A stretch of 63,280 nucleotides of DNA, the filler included, from Lenisia limosa (taxonomy: Eukaryota > Protista > Breviatea), in assembly GCA_001655205.1 (NCBI GenBank). It is 6 parts of 6 records of this genome, joined end to end, with 100 filler letters (N's around TTAATTAATTAA, not from the genome) between each part and the next. Parts side by side here need not be neighbours in the genome. Positions count along the whole stretch, not along the records: positions 52,263 to 63,280 come from LPNZ01001406.1; 5 more parts are not named here. One strand, written 5' to 3'. The position numbers were made by a program, and so were the translations under genes. Within the stretch, counting starts at the first letter, position 1. The number at the start of each line of letters is the position of its first letter. This document shows positions 53,857-63,280 of the stretch, in pieces. The notes under the pieces were generated by a model, which ran no database searches, was not told the DNA's origin, and saw only the letters and a program-made list of their open reading frames with translations.

Positions 53857-54509
53857 TCAAAGCTCCGGACATCATTCAAAATCTCCGGACACATCAAAAC
53901 TCCCGGACAGCTTGAATTTTCCCTATAAAAGTACTATAAACTTCATTTTCATGTTATTTTCGAAAGTAATTTCAGTCATAATCACAGGATTGAATGCGGT
54001 TTTTACATATTCTTGGCTCAAACCCAAATTAAGTCACTTGGCTACCCGTTTGTGGCCCTTAAACTGCCAAAAATAACCAAAACCGTGATAATAGGCCACA
54101 TTCAAGGAATAAATGGCAACTATCCGGAAAGTTTGACCTTGTAGAAAGCACTANNNNNNNNNNNNNNNNNNNNNNNNNNNNNNNNNNNNNNNNNNNNNNN
54201 NNNNNNNNNNNNNNNNNNNNNNNNNNNNNNNNNNNNNNNNNNNNNNNNNNNNNNNNNNNNNNNNNNNNNNNNNNNNNNNNNNNNNNNNNNNNNNNNNNNN
54301 NNNNNNNNNNNNNNNNNNNNNNNNNNNNNNNNNNNNNNNNNNNNNNNNNNNNNNNNNNNNNNNNNNNNNNNNNNNNNNNNNNNNNNNNNNNNNNNNNNNN
54401 NNNNNNNNNNNNNNNNNNNNNNNNNNNNNNNNNNNNNNNNNNNNNNNNNNNNNNNNNNNNNNNNNNNNNNNNNNNNNNGGTGAATTTTGAATGCTGTCCG
54501 GAGCTTTGA
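53857..54509. mobile_element. About 650-bp element with 26-bp inverted termini (possibly pogo-like); interior mostly gap
   Basis: TCAAAGCTCCGGACATCATTCAAAAT at 53857-53882 and its reverse complement (1 mismatch) at 54484-54509. Confidence 0.5.
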
Positions 54510-57244
54510 GGACCCACATACATGTATATGTAGTGTTACTCGACCTGACTATTTAACTTTTGGAAACAGATCATTTGCTGTTGTATATTATTGCATATTT
54601 TATTCACACATCTCTTGGGTTTGTTTGTTTGTAGATCTTTTTCAAGGCAATTTGGGGCTTTACTATTTTAATTGTCTCAGAGGGGGGGGGGGCAATATAC
54701 AATGAGCAGGATAAGTCTTGGGTGATTTACTATGGATTTTCCTCATGAATATCGGTCGGCTGCTCATCTGGGTCACTGGTCACTGTACATATTGGATTGG
54801 ATTTTCATGTTTTAGCTCGCGAATGTTTGTTAGCGTTAGTGAGCAAAAATACCCGCTTAAGACTTATAACGGTAAGCAGGTCATTTTACTATTGATAGGT
54901 TGTGTGCTCTGTGGTATTGCATTTTGATGATTGCACAATCGTCGTCTGTAAGGATGTAGTTGATGTTGTTTCTTAGATTGTAAGAAATTTTGTAACAAGG
55001 TCCCTCAAAAATTGCTTTGTTCAATTATTTGGAGCCTACTTCATACGATGAGAAACAGAGAGGAAGAAATAAAGCAAACTGTTGACTTTGAGCCTGTATC
55101 AGTCTTCTGTCATGACAGTTCTCAGTCTTTGACGATGAGAAACTGAAATAACAGTCTTACCAGCTGAAACCTGCCCGAATAGCCAAATAGTGTATTTTCC
55201 ATGCCAATAATATTTTTACGACTATTTGGACTCGGGGTATATATTTTTAGAATCCATACTGAAGGCTTCCATACGGGCCTATAAAGCTTTCTCTTAAACG
55301 ATTTTACTGTTTATTTGAACGAAGAGCGTCTTTCCTCATGAATATTTTTTGTTGTTTCTACATTTATCCATGTGATTAACTCATTAGATTTGAGTTGGAG
55401 TGACTATTCTCAAGATTCGATCCTTTACCCTTAAACTGCAAGCAAGTTACCTTCCACCCTATCCCTGAATTCAAAATTGTTTTGTTCTAAATTTAGTGAT
55501 CTATTGTTTGTGTACTTGTTGTTGTATTAATGTACTTTGAGCATCCTGTCGTTCTTGTTAAAAAAAGTATGTATATAACAGCTTTGGTACAGCTGTCGAT
55601 GAGAGGGGGGGTCATTCTTGCTGTATGCTGAATACACAGTAAACCAAAAAATAAATGTGCCACCAAGGAACAAGAAAAAGTCTCCTCACTGCCGCCAACG
55701 TGGTACTAGTACCTCCTTGGATTTCGCTCAGACCGTCCCAAAGACGTCACTTCTGGCGGCACATCACTACGGCGCATCGTCTTGGTACTCCCTCATTTTA
55801 TATGGAAATCCCAATAATTTCAAATTACCATCAATTTCCAAGGCATTCCAATGTAAAATATGACAATTCCAACGTTTTCACAAGAAACTTTTGTCGATGC
55901 GCCGTAGTGAGGCCATTACCCCGGAAGAGCAAGGATGATTGTTAACGGCTTCCTACGTCGATACCCGACAATCAGGTGTGGGTGGCGACGTCATGACGTC
56001 ATGGCAATGTGCTGGTTTCTTCGCGATAAATCCCCGTTACACCTTAGAAAGGTGTTGGAAAGGTGGAAAGGAAAGAGTAAGAGAGCACACGTGGACAAGG
56101 AAACCCGATTTTGACTTCTCAGTACGCAAACTCCACGCCATAAGACCAAGAGCTTAGCGGAGGAATTATGCCTGGTGCGTACCGGGAATCCCGCCCAAAA
56201 TTCAAACACCATCCGCACAAAAACACAAACAAACACAAACAGAATCCGCGAATCCGCGAATACTAAGTGGTGACAGTTGAGTGACAGCGGAGTGGCAGCA
56301 GTTAAGAGGAGGCAAATAAAGACGATCATGGGAATTGAGGGATGTAGAGAAGAGGAGGAGTTCTATGAAAATTTACGAAGTTTGGTTGACGCAGAGGTAT
56401 TTGGAGGAAGAAAAGGATGAGAAAGTGCTTCTACACTGATTTGTTCTTGAACTACTGCCACCGACTTTTTTGTTTATGGACTCACTGCTCCTTTTGAAAA
56501 CACACTCATCTTTATTGTGTGTTATTTGTTATTAGCGGTTAGAAGGGACGAAAGGCATTGTTTCCAGGTGAAGTTGATAGACCCGACACCCGACACCGAC
56601 ACCCGATTGTTTTTGTCTTATCTAAATCGGGTTTCCTTGTCCACGCCCTTGTGCACTCTTCCCCTTTCCCTTTCCACCTTTCCAACACCTTTCGAAGCCA
56701 AATAGCCAAATAGTAATATTTATAGTGTAACGGCACTCTGGACCCCCCAAAATCACCCCTTGAGTTTAAGCGTCTCTCGGAGCCTCTGGAGGGTACAGGA
56801 TGGTGTAGGGAAACCGGCAATTCATTTCTCCACATCTGGATACAATTTATCATAGATTGTGAGAGAGCCGCGATTAGAGTGCTACGTAATTGCACTTCCC
56901 TCTATTGTATATATAAATTGAATTATGTTGGAAATATACAGCTAATGAACTGATACTGTGGATTGACAATGCAGCACTGTATCACAGTTTACAAATAATG
57001 GTGACAAGGAAGTACTGAATGTTTACAATTGCGCTATTGATAATTGTCAACTTTGTAGTTAAATACTCCCTTTTTAGGGAGTTTGATGGCAAGATCGAGT
57101 AGCCTTGTACCCACGCGGAACTGGTAGTGTGAAGAACCCGTTTTACAAGTCCTATGAGTAGATTGATACCCCAATAATCACGATTTCAAATATTGACAAT
57201 AAAGAAGAAAGAGCTCTCTGGGATTGCCTTACTTTACGGAGTAA

Positions 57245-57560
57245 TCTCTGTTATGGATACTCTTCCGCTTTCTAACACTCTTTGCCATGGATATTCTTGT
57301 TCTTTTCAACTATCTTTATTATGGATATTCTTGAGCTTTTTAACTATTCGTGTTGATAATCTTGCGTTTATCTTGCGCTTTTCAGCTATCTTTATTATGG
57401 ATATTCTTCTTTTCAACTCTTTGTGATGGATATTCTTGCGCCTTTCAGCAATCTCTGTTTTTTTTTCTTTCACCTTTCCACTCTCATGAATATTCTGTCT
57501 TTGTTATGGATAATCTTGCGCATTTCAAATATCTGTTATGGATATTCTTGTGGCTTTCAA
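57245..57560. repeat. Degenerate tandem repeat of about 32 bp
   Basis: Recurring TTATGGATATTCTTG...TTTCA(A/G)CTATCT units. Confidence 0.75.
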
Positions 57561-59221
57561 TGTTATGGATAAAAATCACAACACGTTTGTCTCCAATCTT
57601 GGATGTAAAAAAAATGACGAAATATTCCCAAAACACAAAAACAGCCGCCACTTTCCACTCAGTACATAGTCTTTTTTTTTCATATTAACTTGAGATTGTT
57701 TTACTACCATACATATACATATACTATACATAATATGTAATATATTAATCTGATACATATGAAATATATAAACAAGTATTATATGTAATTTATAGACATA
57801 TTATATTTGGAATTATTGATTTCTAGCTTCAAAGTCAAAAGAAAAGAGGAGTAGCACTTTAACAGATGTAAGTAAATATATAATACTGGAAGAATGCAAG
57901 GAAATGGAAGAATGGAAGAAGAAAGATGGATGGAAGAGAGAATATTGACGACAATTGGTAACTTCCTTACCTTCTTCTTGAACACCATAGTTCGTATAAA
58001 TGTATAAGATTGCCAAAACAAATTAAGGTAGAGTGTAAAGGAACATTTTTTTTAAAAAAAAAAAAAAAAAAAAANNNNNNNNNNNNNNNNNNNNNNNNNN
58101 NNNNNNNNNNNNNNNNNNNNNNNNNNNNNNNNNACTGAATTTTTAGTCATTTTTTTGTTCAGTAAGTGATGGTGTTGAGGTCTATATCCCTTCTTACCTT
58201 ACCAAAGCATGTTTTAGCATTGGTTGTATTTTTTTACTCAAAATGTTCTCCGGTGGAAGAAACAAAAAATCGGGTAGGGAATTCCCGGTACGCACCTGGA
58301 CATAATTCCTCCGCTAAGCTCTTGGTATACTGACCGATAAAGTGGCGTGGAATTTGCGTGAGGTGGCGTACTGAGAAGTCGGAACGAGTTTAGGTGGCGA
58401 CCTCATGACGTTATGTCACCTCTCCCTCTAGCTAGTGCCGTTACACTAATAAATATCACTATTTGGCTTCTAAAGGTGGAAAAGGGAAAGGGGAAAACAG
58501 GGCGTGGACAAGGAAAACCCGACAAATAGTGTTGATGGCGACGTCATGACGTCATGGCAATGTGTTTAGTAAAATATCATACATAGTAGGTATCTAAGTA
58601 ATTTTGGAAACATAAACTTGAGCATAAATCTAACGGGGGTAATGGGTAATACTTATTCCGGTCCGGGTGCGGAAAACAGCGAGTACGGTAGCGACTGGTT
58701 TGGCCCTGTGATTTTTTGCCTTAAATAGCAAGTTACACTCTTTGTGATTCGACAAACCTTCTCCACATTCCATTATTTAACTACTCTGTTTGGATATAAT
58801 CATCAATCTATCATTTTGAGACGTATTACCTCCCCAGTGCCTTCAACCAAAAGTCCTAGTAATGACATTGTATATATCCCGGGCTTTGTTAAGCCTGCAA
58901 TTATTGATTGTTCTGCTTATCGAATCATGTGTTGCGTACTCGGTATCAAGTAAGTCATTGCATTACTCTTGCGTGAAATATGTTGACCAATATTGCAATC
59001 GTTGTCCATTATGAACGATGAAGACTTCAGGATCTTCTTTATGACATTTTATAATGTTGACCATAGTAAAAGATGGAGCTCCCATTTGGTCATAAAAGCT
59101 TGAATTTCTTGATACACCCTTTATATTGCATCTTGATAAAAGTCTTGATGATTTCGCTATTTTTTCAAATATAATGCATCATGTCTATCTTGTGGATAGG
59201 ATCATTTCATTCATTATTTAG

Positions 59222-61968
59222 GCTTAGCGGTATCTGAAGCGAGCGAAAGCATGTCTATCAGTTACTCAATTAACTCAATGGCTGCACTTATGCTGTATTT
59301 TCAAAACACAAACTTCCCAGGATCTCTTGAAAATGTTTGCATATTTGACTTTGTTTCAAATGCCAAAAAATTGACTATTTTAGGATATACTTGTTGATGG
59401 TACACTTGAGGTTGGTCAGTGCAAATTTGGAATTTATGATAATCTGTCTTTAAACAGTTTTTTTGGTGGAGATGGAGATTTTTTTTTACTTCATTACATT
59501 TGTACACAAATTTCACATAATATTGTTAGATTCCAAATTTATTTTCAATTAAAGCTTACACACTAGCCGGGCATTATCACCTCCAATAAGGAATTGGACT
59601 GCAACGGCCATTCCATTACGTTACAAGGAACTGTCACATCAGTGAGCGTTGACTTATCTCAGCTGAACGAAGGGAATAATGCTTTGTATTGAATGATAAT
59701 ATCTTTGTATTGTTGCTTCTTTTCATCATAACACATTATCTAAATGTTTTATTGTTCGAACATTTCTGACAACTCTAGTCGATGTTTGGAGCATTGAAAG
59801 CAGACCAAATGACAATTAAAAACTGTAAATTCACAAACATTGCCGGTATGTCAGCTTGTATTATTTTACTAATCTAGATGATGATACATATGTACATGAC
59901 TATGATTTACTTGTTTTAATACCAAAGATGTGTAATAATAGTTTTAGAGTTTATCAAACTGTTATCTTTTAGTTAATTTCAATGCTACGACTACCAGTGG
60001 TCTGCTCTTCAGCGTCATCGAAAACAGCGTGAGTAATCCTTTCAGAGCGCTTGCATGACTTTGTTCTTAGCATAACGTCCTGTTCATAAAATAAAATTAA
60101 TTGATTCAGAACCAAAACTTCTTTTTGTTTTTTGATGGTGTATATTACTGTATCTGATAAGTGAATACGTTTAGAATATCGATCTTGTGAATTGTACTTT
60201 CAACGGAGATGTCAACGTTGCTGGTTCTTTGTTTGGCATTATAGCAGGTTTGTTAGAAATAAGAGTCAAAATTGTCCAAAATGATTATAAAAGCACAAAT
60301 ACTAAAACTTAACACTTTTTTATTTCGTACTATAGGAGATGCATCCCTGACAAACGGAACTCTCACAAGCAGTGATTTTACAGGTATCTCTGTAAAGCAA
60401 GTATGGGGTCTGATGACACTCTACACTTTAATAATATTCCATTCTTGATTAGTGATTTGTGTTGTCTTTTTTTGTTTTCTTTTTTGAATACGTATTATAT
60501 ATCATATACCATGTGTTTTAATATATCATAGCAGAGTGTATGTAGTATTTATTATACTGACACTAATATTAGACAAATCCATCAGTCCCTAGTACGAAAG
60601 CAGGACTTCTTTTCGGCGCGATAAATGGAGATTTCACTGTTTCCAAACTTTACATTTTAAATGTGAGTAATATATGTTTTGGGTGAACTAAAATGAAGAT
60701 CTGGGTTTTATACACCACATATAATACACAATATTGTAAAAGATACATACAGAATCTCACAGTAACAGGTAACATTGAATAACTTCTACATAAGTGGAGG
60801 ACTTTTTGGTCAGACACGAGTATCAGGCAAAGTTTGTGGGTGGTTAATGAAAAATACGACATCTTATGGGTGATTAGTCTAGAGCCTGGCAATATTATTA
60901 CATGATTGATTTTTTGGTCTGTTATAATTTGACTGGTCAATTCACTGCGTTAATATTTAAATTCGTTAATTGGTGATGATAGTCTTAATTCAATATCGAC
61001 AAGTGTTTCATTCTGATTAATCCCTTCAGATTCTTGTCAGCCAAGTTTTTCTTTCAATTGTTATTTCACATAACTCAATTGCATATGCTGCAGGCGGAGT
61101 GGTCGGAATCGTAGGTGAGCCAATGGATAACTAGGGCTTCACTTCGGTTACAAAAATACTGTAGTTTTCGAGGATTTATCAAAAAATTCAGTCATTTTTC
61201 GAACTGAAGTGAAGGCCTAGGGATAACTAATATAAATTAAACTATTTCTACTACTAAAAGAGAAACATAATTGAATATCTTTATTTAGTGCCACCTTATT
61301 TTGTAGAGGAAACCAAATTATTGATTGAAAAGGTGTCCGTTACATTTACGGTACGTCACACATGGATGCTTCCAGTATTTACATTTTCAGTTGGTCGCAC
61401 AGCAAAGCCATTTAGGAGGAGGTAGGTCTTTGCATTGGGAATATTTTTCATTTCATTCTCCACTTTGTTATGAGTCATAGCCAAAATGGTGGTATTTGGA
61501 TTCTGTTTATTGTGAACTAGTGCTCCCTTCAACTAATAATACTGCAATTCAGAAAAATGTTACCTGAGCTCACAAATTATAGCATTAGCGGGTTTGGTTG
61601 GTAACGGTAGCGGAGCTCTATCAACTTTAGTCGCCAATCACGTATTTGTGAGTTTAAAGTGCTTAGTTTGTATTGCAATCTTATTTTTGTTTGTCAACCC
61701 CCTGTAACACAGTCAGATTATTGTAATAATAAATTGTGCCATGTCCACTGCTGTCGGAGGAGTTTCTGGGTTGACAATAAATGCAAATTTTGAGGTTGGT
61801 TTATTCAGTTGCTTGACTTTGTATGAATGTCAAAATAAGATTGGATTATTTGTCCAAATCAATTTTCCATGATAAGGTTGATTAAATTATATCATATGCA
61901 TATCCAATCACACTTCAGGTTCATAACGCGGTTGTAAACGCTAGTTTGAATGTCGGCAGCACGGCGGT
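59222..61968 (+). CDS. Beta-helix/GLUG-motif-like surface protein encoded by very short exons; boundaries uncertain
   Basis: GT-AG exons: IITSNKELDCNGHSITLQGT; SMFGALKADQMTIKNCKFTNIA; NIDLVNCTFNGDVNVAGSLFGIIA; GGVVGIV; ALAGLVGNGSG; VHNAVVNASLNVGSTA. Confidence 0.55.
61132..61219. mobile_element. hAT-like MITE family A, intronic copy
   Basis: TIRs TAGGGCTTCACTTCGGTT / AACTGAAGTGAAGGCCTA; flanks TGGATAAC and GGGATAAC (7/8). Confidence 0.75.
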
Positions 61969-63280
61969 ATGCTGGAGATCTGTTTATAGGTAGTAGTATC
62001 TAATTAAAAATATAATTATCAAAACTCATAAAATTAATCAGAAGTAGAACATACAGAACTGTGTATGGATTATTCCAATAATGTTTCAATATATGATATA
62101 CATTCCGTTTGGTGTTATCAGCAATTACCAAAAGCAGTTCGGTGATCCATTTAGACTTCTGGTGTTCTTGTTGCAACAACTACTTCAAATTTGAATTTCA
62201 CATCGATTCGTGTTTACAGCAATTTTCAATGCACTGGGTGTAAAGCAGCACTGATAGGGGATATATCATCTGAAGACCTGACAGTTTTCATAGTCGCGTT
62301 GCATCTCCAGCAATTTATCATTACAGTGGGAAAAGGGGGACTTCGATAGGTGTTACATTCTCACTGAATAGTGTGTAATGTAAATCTATCACGTGTTGGT
62401 TTAAACTCAATCTTCTATTTTGTATTGTCGTTCTCACTCTTTTCAAATTGATTATTTGAATATTTGATGATATTAGGGAGCCAGTGAGCCCGCTATTTTG
62501 GTTTCCGATAACAGAGGAACACTTGATATTCAAGACTCTTTCCTAGAATTACCCGATGAAGACATTGCGCTGTTTAGGTTGGCGTCTGACTCAAACGGTT
62601 TATGACTCTCACAAAACAACAGAGGGTTGATGGATTGTTTTCATAAGGCACCAATGGAGCAAAAATTTGAATTTCTTGATATAAAGCGTTCTTCATTGAA
62701 TTGTATCGTTTGGTTACAACTTTCTAGTGTGGCTTACACTGATATTCCCCTCGGTTTATCTGTCCAAAATACTGCTGTTGTGTTCCAAACGTACAGTAGC
62801 GGGTTCACTGAAACTGATTTATTTCATATTTTAAGAAAGTGAGTCGTAGTTCAAGAGTTATTTCTCAAGATTAAGGTGTCTAATTGGAAATATTTTTTTT
62901 GGAAAACAAACACTTGCAGTTTTATTTATAATTCATTTTTAAATGGCACAACTCTTGATCAGGATTTGTTATAAGAAATGAGACATATGTACACGTGTAA
63001 TATATTAATATTGCATAAAATGTATACACAAAACTTATCTTCTGAAAACAAAATACTTCTATTTATATTTGGTTATTACTTTAGGAATTCTCTGGTTAAG
63101 ATTGACGGAAAATCTGCCAGTCAGCTCAATATTTTCGTTAACCAACCTGCATCAGTATTCACATCATTTAGTGGTTGCATTTTCTATGTAGGCTTCTGAG
63201 CCTGTTCGTCAAATATATACATATATGATATAGGTGACCCCACATAACCGTACCCAGCCACATAACCGTACCCACTTTCA

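Noticed and set aside
58900-59130. Faint Helitron Rep-like peptide on the minus strand (also near 62640-62700)
   Set aside because: The similarity is only a few residues, stops interrupt it, and no helicase or Rep motifs follow.

Overview
Intron-rich nuclear DNA from a flagellated microbial eukaryote (standard genetic code, GT-AG introns, compact intergenic regions); the species cannot be named from sequence alone. The window is not contiguous: five identical 100-nt spacers (N44-TTAATTAATTAA-N44 at 7819, 21221, 31490, 37357, 52163) join six independent segments, and several genes are cut at them. Genes rebuilt by hand across introns: part of a large Ig-like-repeat protein, G6PD (5' part), an RIIa/EF-hand radial-spoke-like protein, aspartate aminotransferase, a ZnT/CDF zinc transporter, LSm4, PP6 catalytic subunit, a major-vault-protein (MVP)-like gene, a class I glutamine amidotransferase (5' part), a probably myristoylated LRR protein, POLA2, IFT81 (3' part), a beta-helix/GLUG-like surface protein, and two unidentified multi-exon genes. 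Introns carry several short transposon-derived families (hAT-like, Tc1/mariner-like, Kolobok-like, one unclassified). Most notable: (1) the MVP-like protein keeps repeats R1-R7 but stops at the start of R8, without shoulder or cap helix; (2) a shared element forms the 3' part of introns in unrelated genes, always in sense orientation; (3) tandem duplications repeatedly copy splice sites; (4) PP6 ends in HFM instead of the conserved methylated YFL; (5) five head-to-head gene pairs. All homology calls come from recalled family motifs, not database searches.
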